NCBI GenBank assembly: GCA_041497195.1 | Contig: JBGQGB010000001.1 | Span: 213,504 to 277,503, forward strand | DNA length: 64,000 bases | Reading direction: 5' to 3' | Origin: Candidatus Doudnabacteria bacterium | Lineage (GTDB): Bacteria; Patescibacteriota; Doudnabacteria; UBA920; 2-01-FULL-46-14 | Part shown: in pieces, positions 1 to 7,137 of the stretch | How positions within the stretch are numbered: position 1 is the first letter of the stretch | How the letters are laid out: each line of letters opens with the position of its first letter | Made by a program: the position numbers and the translations under genes | The notes under the pieces: generated by a model | What the model was told of the DNA's origin: nothing | The model's database searches: none | The model's input: the letters and a program-made list of their open reading frames with translations, nothing else

Positions 1-113
1 CCCGCCCGCCTGACTCGTCTGGTGACCTTGGTAGGAATCGAACCTACATCCGCGGCTTAGAAGGCCGCTGCTCTATCCATTGAGCTACAAGGCCGTCAGG
101 CGAGTCGGGCAGG
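1..113. repeat. Imperfect GC-rich inverted repeat (arms about 1-22 and 95-113) enclosing tRNA-Arg(TCT)
   Basis: Minus strand CCTGCCCGACTCGCCTG (113-97) is complementary to CAGACGAGTCAGGCGGG (21-5) at 14 of 17 positions plus one G-U. Confidence 0.8.
20..94 (-). tRNA. tRNA-Arg (anticodon TCT), encoded CCA
   Basis: Minus strand GGCCTTG TA GCTC AATGGATA GAGC A GCGGC CTTCTAA GCCGC GGAT GTAGG TTCGATT CCTAC CAAGGTC ACCA folds as a complete cloverleaf. Confidence 0.95.
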
Positions 114-134
114 TATCCATTGAACTACGAGGGC
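114..134 (-). tRNA. 5' portion of a second, Arg-like tRNA gene (acceptor strand plus D-arm up to the D-loop), interrupted by the repeat; any remainder would lie left of position 1
   Basis: Minus strand GCCCTCG TA GTTC AATGGATA matches the first 21 nt of tRNA-Arg at 5214 (GCCCTCGTAGCTCAACGGATA) at 19/21 and lies just downstream of a promoter. Confidence 0.7.
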
Positions 135-150
135 TCTTTTGACTGCTTGA

Positions 151-179
151 AGTCTATCATTTTGTACCGCTCCCTTCAA
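151..179 (-). promoter_or_regulatory. sigma70-type promoter for the tRNA transcript
   Basis: TTGAAG-17 nt-TAGACT with TG extension on the minus strand. Confidence 0.55.
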
Positions 180-210
180 TCCACGACTCCAGTGAACAAA
201 TCCCAAGGCC

Positions 211-239
211 TTGACCAACGAGGTTTTTTGGTCTATGAT
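211..239 (+). promoter_or_regulatory. sigma70-type promoter
   Basis: TTGACC-17 nt-TATGAT; AAGGAGG Shine-Dalgarno at 258-264. Confidence 0.6.
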
Positions 240-275
240 GAGCTGTCGTAATCATCCAAGGAGGATGTTGATTTT

Positions 276-725
276 ATGAAAAGGGTTCTTTTGGCGGTTA
301 TGGTAGTGATAGCCCTCGGAGTTGGCGGACTCCTGCGCCCCCAGCATATCTCAGTCACGAGCCTTCTCATCAGTGCCCTCATTGTGGTTTCGATTTTGGC
401 CGCGACCCTCGTGTTCATGCCAGTGACGAAATATATCGAGGTAGAAAAGCTGCTGGAACTGAGGCCGCCTAGTCTGGCTTTTTCACTCAACGGCTTGCGC
501 GGCGTTCCCGCGACCTTTCATTTCCGCCCAGGCACTGGCGAGCCCATCACTGGTAAACTCGTGGAGCGTCATAACTCCCGCGGCACTGTCGGCATCGAGG
601 TTGAAAAAAACGGCACGAAAATCATGGTCACAGTGCTTGTGGCCGACATATGCCGCCTTGGGGTCGAGGAATCAAATTGGCACAAAGCCAAAAGCCCGGC
701 CGAGGAGTACTCTGAAGCGAGATGA
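276..725 (+). CDS. Hypothetical membrane protein (2 N-terminal TM segments, small beta-rich C-terminal domain)
   Basis: 149 aa ORF with promoter, SD and terminator; two hydrophobic N-terminal helices. Confidence 0.7.
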   Translation: MKRVLLAVMVVIALGVGGLLRPQHISVTSLLISALIVVSILAATLVFMPVTKYIEVEKLLELRPPSLAFSLNGLRGVPATFHFRPGTGEPITGKLVERHNSRGTVGIEVEKNGTKIMVTVLVADICRLGVEESNWHKAKSPAEEYSEAR

Positions 726-750
726 AGCAAAGCAGATTCTTTCGCCACTC

Positions 751-792
751 TAGCGCCGAACCAGGCACCAACAGGTTCGGCGCTATTTTTTT
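751..792 (+). terminator. Rho-independent terminator
   Basis: TAGCGCCGAACC...GGTTCGGCGCTA stem followed by a T run. Confidence 0.8.
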
Positions 793-823
793 AGTCGTGT
801 GTTATAATCAAAGTACTTTGATT

Positions 824-2269
824 ATGGAAAAAAAGCTAAAAATTAGAGTCGAACCGACTATCATCACTATCTTTGGCGCGACAGGAGAGCTGAATCGCAC
901 CCGTATCCTGCCTGCGCTTTTTGAATTGTACCGGCACAAGATGCTGCCGAAGATGTTCTATATCGTCGGTTTTGCGCGAAGTGAATTTTCTCACGAGGAG
1001 TTCAGAGAAAAGATCAAACTCGATGGAGACAAAAAACTTTGGAAAAAATTTGCCAAAAATATTTACTATGTCCCGGGCAACTTCACGAGCCACGAGGATT
1101 TTTTCAAGCTTTCCAAACAACTCCAGCAAATTGAAGGACGAGGCCACTCCTGCGCCAACCGGCTTTTCGTGTACGCCACCCTGCCCAGCCATTTCGAAAC
1201 CATTTCTCATGAATTGAAAAGGACTGGCTTGCTCATCGGCTGTGCGATGCACAAACGACAAACCCGTGTGATTGTCGAAAAACCTTTCGGCTCTGACTTG
1301 AGGTCAGCGCAAAAACTAGACATGGTGCTGGATCAATATTTCAAAGAGGAGCAAATCTACCGGATTGACCACTATCTCGGCAAAGAAGCGGTCCAAAACC
1401 TCATCGCATTTCGCTTCGCCAACACCATTTTTGAACCAGTCTGGAACCGCGAGTACGTCGATCATATCCAGATTTCCTCGCTCGAGGACACAGGTATCGG
1501 CAATCGCGGCGCCTACTATGAAGAAGCTGGGGTGCTGCGTGACATGATGCAAAATCACATGATGCAGCTCTTGGCTGTCACTGCCATGGAAATACCGGCA
1601 GAACAGATTCCTGACGCGACCCGCGATGAACGCGCCAAAGTCATCAGAGCGATTCGCAAGCCAAAAGAAAAAGATCTGCAAACTGACTTGGTGGTGGGGC
1701 AATACAAAAACTACCGTGCAGAACCGAATGTCTCCCCTCACTCCAAAATCGAAACATATGCCGCAGTCAAACTTTTCGTGGACAACCCGCGCTGGGAAGG
1801 AGTCCCCTTTTATCTGCGCACCGGCAAACAGCTGCGAAAAAAAATTGCTGAGATCTCGATCGTGTTCAAAGAACCTCTCGGCCACCTTTTCGACAATCAT
1901 GATGAACCGCCCAATGTTCTGACTTTTCAAATCCAGCCGGGCGAGTCTATCGATCTCGCCTTCCTGGTCAAAGACCCGGGATTTGTGACGCAGCTGCGGC
2001 CTCTGGCCATCGACCTGCCCTATGCCAAAAACCTCTCGAACGAAATTCCGGGAGCTTACGAACGGCTCTTGCTCAATTTCATGCAAGGCGACCAGGGTCT
2101 GTTCGCGCGTATGGACGAAATTGAAAACGCGTGGAAATATATTGATGTGCTCGCAGCACACCTTCGCCACAGCCACAAACAGCCAAGAGAATACGAACAA
2201 CGGTCTTGGGGCCCAAAACAAGCTGATAATTTGATAAACAAGGATAAACGACAATGGCTAATCAGATGA
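824..2269 (+). CDS. zwf: Glucose-6-phosphate 1-dehydrogenase
   Basis: IFGATGEL, EKPFG, RIDHYLGKE, RDMMQNH and RWEGVPFYLRTGK motifs; start moved to ATG 824 (MEKK), after the terminator and a TG-TATAAT at 800-808. Confidence 0.96.
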   Translation: MEKKLKIRVEPTIITIFGATGELNRTRILPALFELYRHKMLPKMFYIVGFARSEFSHEEFREKIKLDGDKKLWKKFAKNIYYVPGNFTSHEDFFKLSKQLQQIEGRGHSCANRLFVYATLPSHFETISHELKRTGLLIGCAMHKRQTRVIVEKPFGSDLRSAQKLDMVLDQYFKEEQIYRIDHYLGKEAVQNLIAFRFANTIFEPVWNREYVDHIQISSLEDTGIGNRGAYYEEAGVLRDMMQNHMMQLLAVTAMEIPAEQIPDATRDERAKVIRAIRKPKEKDLQTDLVVGQYKNYRAEPNVSPHSKIETYAAVKLFVDNPRWEGVPFYLRTGKQLRKKIAEISIVFKEPLGHLFDNHDEPPNVLTFQIQPGESIDLAFLVKDPGFVTQLRPLAIDLPYAKNLSNEIPGAYERLLLNFMQGDQGLFARMDEIENAWKYIDVLAAHLRHSHKQPREYEQRSWGPKQADNLINKDKRQWLIR

Positions 2270-3210
2270 GTCTGGGGGTCTTGGGTCTCGGCCGCATGGG
2301 TATGCAGATTGCTCGGCGGCTTCACAAAAACAAATTCAAGGTCGTGGCATGGAATAGAAGTCCCGAACCGCGCGAAGAATTCAAAAAATTCGCTCTTCGA
2401 CAAGACTCAGAGTCTGGGAGCGGAGTGGTTGCAACCCCGCAAGAACTGATTAAAGAGCTTCCGCAGCCAAGAATCCTCTGGTTTATGCTGCCAGCTGGCG
2501 ATCTTTTGGATGAGATGTTGTTTGGCGAAACAGGATTGGCAGCCGAACTGTCAAAAGGCGACATCATTATCGACGGGGGCAACTCCTTCTATCAGGATTC
2601 GCAGCGCCGCGCCCAGAAACTCGAGGGAGCTGGCGTGCATTTTTTCGACGCTGGCACTTCCGGCGGAGTCTGGGGGGGGAAAAACGGATTTTCCCTGATG
2701 GTCGGCGGCCCAGCACCACTTTGGTCAACAGTTGAACCAATTTTTAAGGCATTAGCAGCAGGGAACGGGAAAAACTACGGTTTAGTTGGAAAAAGTGGTG
2801 CCGGGCATTTTGTGAAAATGGTGCACAATGGCATCGAATATGGGATGATGGAGGCAATCGGTGAAGGCTTGGCTGTGCTCAAAGCTTCGGACTTTGATCT
2901 CAATCTTTCCCAAGTGACAGAAATTTGGAGCAAAGGCTCAGTTGTCTCTTCGTGGCTAGTGGAACTGGCGAAAAACGCTCTCGACACCGAAGATCTGAAT
3001 AAAGTCTTGGGCTACATCCACCACACTGGCGAGGGCGAGTGGACAATCAAAGAAGCAAAAAAACTCGGGGTCGACGTCCGAGTCATCGAAGATGCTTTCA
3101 AAATCCGCCAAGAATCAGCAGATCCGAAAAATCAAGAAAAATTTTCCAACAAAATCGTGGCACTCTTGCGCAAGCAATTCGGCGGCCATGACGTCAAGTA
3201 TAAAGAATAG
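2254..3210 (+). CDS. gnd: 6-phosphogluconate dehydrogenase (short, YqeC-type)
   Basis: GLGRMG, IDGGNS, SGGVWG, GHFVKMVHNGIEYG, GEGEWT and FGGH motifs; overlaps zwf. Confidence 0.95.
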   Translation: MANQMSLGVLGLGRMGMQIARRLHKNKFKVVAWNRSPEPREEFKKFALRQDSESGSGVVATPQELIKELPQPRILWFMLPAGDLLDEMLFGETGLAAELSKGDIIIDGGNSFYQDSQRRAQKLEGAGVHFFDAGTSGGVWGGKNGFSLMVGGPAPLWSTVEPIFKALAAGNGKNYGLVGKSGAGHFVKMVHNGIEYGMMEAIGEGLAVLKASDFDLNLSQVTEIWSKGSVVSSWLVELAKNALDTEDLNKVLGYIHHTGEGEWTIKEAKKLGVDVRVIEDAFKIRQESADPKNQEKFSNKIVALLRKQFGGHDVKYKE

Positions 3211-3802
3211 CTCGCGCCGGAGAGCCATCACCGCCGATTAATTTGAGAGGTAAAATGACCAGGTTGTAGCGACCTGGTTTTACTTTTCCCAAATCCAATC
3301 CTTCCACCACGACTATTCCTGTTCGCAACAACTCTTTGTGCACCGGGTGTCCAGGAGCGCTTTTGGACTCAATCCCATAGTAATCAATCCCGACCAGGTC
3401 AATTTTTTTGGACGCCAAATAGCGCGCAGCCTCAAAAGATAGAGAAACGTAATCAGCAGTAAATTTCTTTTGCTTCAGAAGGCTTGAATTTCGCGTCTTA
3501 AACAAAATTTTATCCCCACGCTGCGGTTTGAATTTTTTTACTTCCGCCAAGGAAATAAGGCTTTGGGCCCTTGACCCCACTACCCGAGCCGGCCCCACTA
3601 ATTTCTGCAATGGCAGCCTGTCCACACCAGAGCTTTCGAACAGGAAATGCTTTGGTGCGTCGACATGCGTACCCGTGTGTGAAGACATCATGATTTTTGA
3701 GACGATGGCACTACTTCGACTCTCTACTCGCGAAAACTTGGTATCATTCGGCCACACTACCATCCCCTCTCGCACTGGCAATGTAATATCAATGAATTTC
3801 AT
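3194..3802 (-). CDS. Cyclase-family (kynurenine formamidase-like) metal-dependent hydrolase
   Basis: HTGTHVDAPKH, VGID, VVEGL and DGSPARA motifs. Confidence 0.9.
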   Translation of the reverse strand: MKFIDITLPVREGMVVWPNDTKFSRVESRSSAIVSKIMMSSHTGTHVDAPKHFLFESSGVDRLPLQKLVGPARVVGSRAQSLISLAEVKKFKPQRGDKILFKTRNSSLLKQKKFTADYVSLSFEAARYLASKKIDLVGIDYYGIESKSAPGHPVHKELLRTGIVVVEGLDLGKVKPGRYNLVILPLKLIGGDGSPARAILYT

Positions 3803-3809
3803 AAAATCT

Positions 3810-4868
3810 TTAGTGGACTCGTTCCGGCTCAGTAGCCTTGCGGAAAAATAATGTCAATAAAAGTTTTCCCGATTCCTCCGAGGTTTTAAGCCGGTAGTCG
3901 ATCGCCTTGAGATCCCGAAGCAGCCGGATGAGGCGAGTAGTTGTAAATTTTTTGGCAAGCTTGAGATTGATCCAGACGCGCCCCGGTTTCCAGTCGAGAA
4001 TTTTCGCAATTTCCTCAGGGGAATTCTGCCCTTCCAGATCCTTCACCAAAAGCAGTGACCGGATTTGCGCGGCCAGGATGCCAACGATTTGGATTGGCTG
4101 CGATTTGACATCGCTGGCTTGGACGTCCTGAAACATTTGTTCCATAAGTAATATCGCCTCCTGCAACTGGCCGTTGGCGACCAGGTCAGTGAGACCAAAT
4201 ATCTCCCGGGAAATATTGCGAAACCCTAGCTTCTGGACGTCTTGCGGTCCGATTGTCTTGTCATCCAGCCGATAGAGGATAAGTTTTTCCAATTCCGTCT
4301 CCACTTGCCACATGTCGTAGTCCTCCCCCAGTCTCGACACTAGATCTGCCATTGCCGCAGGTTTGATCTCGTAGCCGTCTCTGGCAAGACGATTCTTAAT
4401 CCAAGAAGTGAGGTCGCTCCCAGAGGGAATCTGAAAATCTTTTGTTTCAGCGATTTTTTGCAACTGTTTGAAAAAACGCAAACGTTTATCAGTACCCTCT
4501 TGCTCTACAAACAACGCTTCTACAGTTTTGCTGAGTTTGGGCAGGACTTCGAGTAAATACTTCCCTGTTTTCGGGCAATCGTTGAGCTCATCCACAAAAT
4601 CCCGCAAAATCAAAAATTTCCGGTCTGCGAACAGGCTGCGACTCTCCAACAGCTCCTGCAAACGAATCCGCAATGATTCATCCGTAAACCCTTCAGAACC
4701 CGAAAGTTCCTCTATCACTCCCTGCGGGTATTTCTGGCGAAACGTTTCGCGCAAAATTTGCACTTCCCGCAAAAGGTCTAGCGAATCTTCACCATAAAAC
4801 AAATAAACCCCGCTGCCGGTATCTCCTCGTTTGGTTGCTGATTTTTTTTCTAGCCTAACTCTCTCCAT
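3810..4868 (-). CDS. holA: DNA polymerase III delta subunit
   Basis: YLFYGED, SLFADRKFLIL, ELEKLILY, IFGLTD and D..LKT pattern typical of HolA. Confidence 0.88.
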   Translation of the reverse strand: MERVRLEKKSATKRGDTGSGVYLFYGEDSLDLLREVQILRETFRQKYPQGVIEELSGSEGFTDESLRIRLQELLESRSLFADRKFLILRDFVDELNDCPKTGKYLLEVLPKLSKTVEALFVEQEGTDKRLRFFKQLQKIAETKDFQIPSGSDLTSWIKNRLARDGYEIKPAAMADLVSRLGEDYDMWQVETELEKLILYRLDDKTIGPQDVQKLGFRNISREIFGLTDLVANGQLQEAILLMEQMFQDVQASDVKSQPIQIVGILAAQIRSLLLVKDLEGQNSPEEIAKILDWKPGRVWINLKLAKKFTTTRLIRLLRDLKAIDYRLKTSEESGKLLLTLFFRKATEPERVH

Positions 4869-4916
4869 TTTCTCTTGCTCTAAAAAATGAAAATGTACTG
4901 CAGCGAAAAAACTGAT

Positions 4917-5129
4917 TTAGAAAAGTCGCGATCCCTTATCCTCTCGGTTTATATTGATTCTCTGGTTGATGGTTTTGTTGAGGTCAATAACCCGCACTTT
5001 CCATTCTTTGCCAATTTTAAAAGCCGGGAGTTTGCCTTTTTTGCACCATTCCCAAATGGTTTTTTCGGTCACACCAAAAAACTTCGCCAGCTCCGGAGCG
5101 CCGTAAATTTTGTCCTTTTCGTCAGCCAT
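4917..5129 (-). CDS. Small HTH DNA-binding protein (HTH_17 / excisionase-like)
   Basis: YGAPELAKFFGVTEKTIWEWCKKGKLPAFKIGKEWKV; start at ATG 5129 after AGAGGAG, since the longer ORF overlaps a tRNA. Confidence 0.85.
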   Translation of the reverse strand: MADEKDKIYGAPELAKFFGVTEKTIWEWCKKGKLPAFKIGKEWKVRVIDLNKTINQRININREDKGSRLF

Positions 5130-5154
5130 AGCTCCTCTATTATACCACTGCTGA

Positions 5155-5183
5155 TTGAAAAAAATAAGCCTGTTCCCTATACT
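5155..5183 (+). promoter_or_regulatory. sigma70-type promoter for tRNA-Arg(TCG), back-to-back with the HTH gene promoter
   Basis: TTGAAA-17 nt-TATACT; opposite strand has TG-TATAAT near 5139-5147. Confidence 0.6.
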
Positions 5184-5197
5184 ATTTACGCACGGGC

Positions 5198-5300
5198 TTC
5201 TGCCAATGCCTGTGCCCTCGTAGCTCAACGGATAGAGCACTGGTCTTCGGAACCAGTGATGTGGGTTCAATTCCTGCCGAGGGCAATGGCATTGGTGGAA
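5198..5300. repeat. 13-bp inverted repeat enclosing tRNA-Arg(TCG)
   Basis: TTCTGCCAATGCC (5198-5210) pairs with GGCATTGGTGGAA (5288-5300): 11 WC plus 2 G-U on the tRNA strand. Confidence 0.75.
5214..5285 (+). tRNA. tRNA-Arg (anticodon TCG), no encoded CCA
   Basis: GCCCTCG TA GCTC AACGGATA GAGC A CTGGT CTTCGGA ACCAG TGAT GTGGG TTCAATT CCTGC CGAGGGC A cloverleaf. Confidence 0.93.
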
Positions 5301-5324
5301 CATCGATCCTCCAGTTTAGGCGGA

Positions 5325-5346
5325 TCAAATCCCTCCGGGCGCACCA
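5325..5346 (+). pseudogene. Orphan 3' fragment of a different tRNA (T-loop, T-stem, acceptor strand, ACCA)
   Basis: TCAAAT CCCTC CGGGCGC ACCA has exact tRNA 3'-end geometry and is followed directly by a terminator; it does not match the 3' end of the upstream tRNA. Confidence 0.65.
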
Positions 5347-5348
5347 AT

Positions 5349-5382
5349 AAAAAAACAGCCGATAGGGCTGTTTTTTTTTTTT
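5349..5382 (+). terminator. Rho-independent terminator
   Basis: AAAAAAACAGCC gatag GGCTGTTTTTTTTTTT. Confidence 0.85.
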
Positions 5383-5395
5383 GCGTTCCTCAAAG

Positions 5396-5424
5396 TTGAC
5401 GAAGCTTAGAAAAAGTGTTAGTAT
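5396..5424 (+). promoter_or_regulatory. sigma70-type promoter
   Basis: TTGACG-17 nt-TAGTAT with TG extension; AGAGGAGG SD before 5483. Confidence 0.6.
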
Positions 5425-5482
5425 CTTTTGTCAAGCTAAAACAACAGGCTTGCAATCCAACTAAAAGAGGAGGAACAAACTC

Positions 5483-6121
5483 ATGAGCCAAACCTGGCGA
5501 GAATGGCTTGCTGAAAGGCGAGCGGCGTCAAGTATGAGTGTTGAGGTAGTTCCACTCACAGACGTACCAGGCTGGGGCCTACAAGACGATGGCTCTTGCT
5601 ATCGCCGACCGGATAGAAAATTCTTTGAAATCGTTGGCATGCAAATCAGTGTCCCCAGACCAGAACAGCGCGAAGTTGTATCGTGGGGACAGCCTGCGAT
5701 CTGCGAGGTCGGCCAAGGAGCAGTAGTCTTGGTGGAAACCACGCTGGGCTTTCTGATTCAAGCTAAAGCCGAGCCAGGAAACGATGCTAAGGGACGGGTA
5801 CTTCTGGCCCCCACGCTCCAAGCAAGTCAATCCAACTTGGACGGCGCCCACGGAGGGCCTCGGCCGCCACGCGCTGACCTGCTGGATAATACGTTCCCTG
5901 CCTGGACCGAACTGCGGCAAGACGGCGGTCGGTTCTTCAACAAAGTCAACTGCTATGCAGCGATTTTTGTGGTCGGCGTTGGCAATGAACTTCAACTGCG
6001 CGAAGACGAGCGCTGGTTCACGCCGGCAGAACTGAACGAAGCCGTGCTCGCCGGAGAAGTCAACGAACACCTAACCCAGGTCTTCGCGATCTGGCACGCT
6101 CATAGCCACGGCAAAGGCTAA
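5483..6121 (+). CDS. NDP-hexose 2,3-dehydratase family protein (single domain, EvaA/OleV/TylX3-like)
   Basis: KFFEIVG, WGQP, FLIQAKAEPGN, LAPTLQASQSN and DGGRFFNKVN motifs. Confidence 0.85.
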   Translation: MSQTWREWLAERRAASSMSVEVVPLTDVPGWGLQDDGSCYRRPDRKFFEIVGMQISVPRPEQREVVSWGQPAICEVGQGAVVLVETTLGFLIQAKAEPGNDAKGRVLLAPTLQASQSNLDGAHGGPRPPRADLLDNTFPAWTELRQDGGRFFNKVNCYAAIFVVGVGNELQLREDERWFTPAELNEAVLAGEVNEHLTQVFAIWHAHSHGKG

Positions 6122-6132
6122 GAAATCCAAGC

Positions 6133-6172
6133 GGCGGGGAATCGGTCTTCCGGTTCCTCGCCCAATTTTTTT
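6133..6172 (+). terminator. Rho-independent terminator
   Basis: GGCGGGGAATCGG tctt CCGGTTCCTCGCC followed by a T run. Confidence 0.75.
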
Positions 6173-6226
6173 ATATTTGCTATCTCAGCGAAAAATCTGA
6201 TAAAATTTGAAGGCTCCTGATGTCGA

Positions 6227-6302
6227 GCGCCCATAGCTCAGTTGGTAGAGCAGTTGCCTCTTAAGCAAACGGTCGCAGGTTCGATCCCTGCTGGGCGCAC
6301 CA
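6227..6302 (+). tRNA. tRNA-Lys (anticodon CTT), encoded CCA
   Basis: GCGCCCA TA GCTC AGTTGGTA GAGC A GTTGC CTCTTAA GCAAA CGGTC GCAGG TTCGATC CCTGC TGGGCGC ACCA. Confidence 0.95.
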
Positions 6303-6327
6303 GAAACGTTCCTTAGTTCATGAAGGT

Positions 6328-6981
6328 ATGAATCCAGAAATTGAAACTCGTTTCGAGAATACCCGGAAATCCCAAACTTTTCACAACCTAGTCAGCGCTT
6401 TTGATTTGGACAAAAAAATGGTTTTGGACATCGGTTGCTCCTACGGCGAATTTCTCAACAATTTCGGCAGTGGCAGCGTCGGGATCACGATTGCCAAGGA
6501 AGAAATCGAATACGGCAAACAAAGGGGCCTAGATGTCAGATATGGCAATATTGAATCTGATAATTTTATTTTACAGGAAAAATTTGACGTTATTTTCGCC
6601 AACAATCTATTGGAACATTTATACTCGCCTCATAACTTTCTCTGGAAAATCAAAACATATCTCAAGCCCAACGGCATGCTGATCCTCGGCGTTCCTTGCA
6701 TACCAAAAATTGTTTCGCTGCTGCGTACGAAAAAATTTCAAGGAAGCTTGGCCGGAGCCCATATCAATTTTTTTACTAGGGAGACTCTAGTAAAAACCGT
6801 ACAGAGGGCCGGCTGGAAACCGGCCACAACAAGAGGTTTCCATTTTGCCAGCAAAATATTAGATTGGCTGTTGACCCCCATATATCCTCACTTTTACGTA
6901 GTCGCGACAGTCGAGCAGAATTTTCAATATCCAGAAAAGAGACAGAAAGAACTGGCAGATAGATTAGCACCAACAAGCTAA
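6328..6981 (+). CDS. Class I SAM-dependent methyltransferase
   Basis: VLDIGCSYG, FDVIFANNLLEHL and LKPNG motifs. Confidence 0.88.
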   Translation: MNPEIETRFENTRKSQTFHNLVSAFDLDKKMVLDIGCSYGEFLNNFGSGSVGITIAKEEIEYGKQRGLDVRYGNIESDNFILQEKFDVIFANNLLEHLYSPHNFLWKIKTYLKPNGMLILGVPCIPKIVSLLRTKKFQGSLAGAHINFFTRETLVKTVQRAGWKPATTRGFHFASKILDWLLTPIYPHFYVVATVEQNFQYPEKRQKELADRLAPTS

Positions 6982-7137
6982 AAACATAGAAAACTTATAG
7001 AGATAGATCGGGAGTAGATTAAGTATTTCTTGTCGCTACAATTTCCGGCCAGCTATTCGCTTCCTCTCCGTCAATAATTCCTAATCCTGCCCATAGGTCT
7101 CTATACTTTGCGAAGTATCTCGATCTACACCCGAACC

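Noticed and set aside
722-823. 34-aa N-terminal extension of zwf in the ORF track
   Set aside because: It spans the upstream terminator and the -10 box; the true start is more likely ATG 824
1316-2254. 312-aa minus-strand ORF and the many other antisense ORFs over well-supported genes
   Set aside because: Shadow ORFs without recognisable motifs
4887-5399. 170-aa plus-strand ORF and the long version of the HTH ORF (to 5303)
   Set aside because: Both overlap tRNA-Arg(TCG), and the plus ORF is antisense to the HTH gene; treated as spurious
6253-6269. G-A mismatch at the top of the tRNA-Lys anticodon stem as a sign of pseudogenisation
   Set aside because: A single terminal mismatch at 27-43 is tolerated; all other arms and CCA are intact
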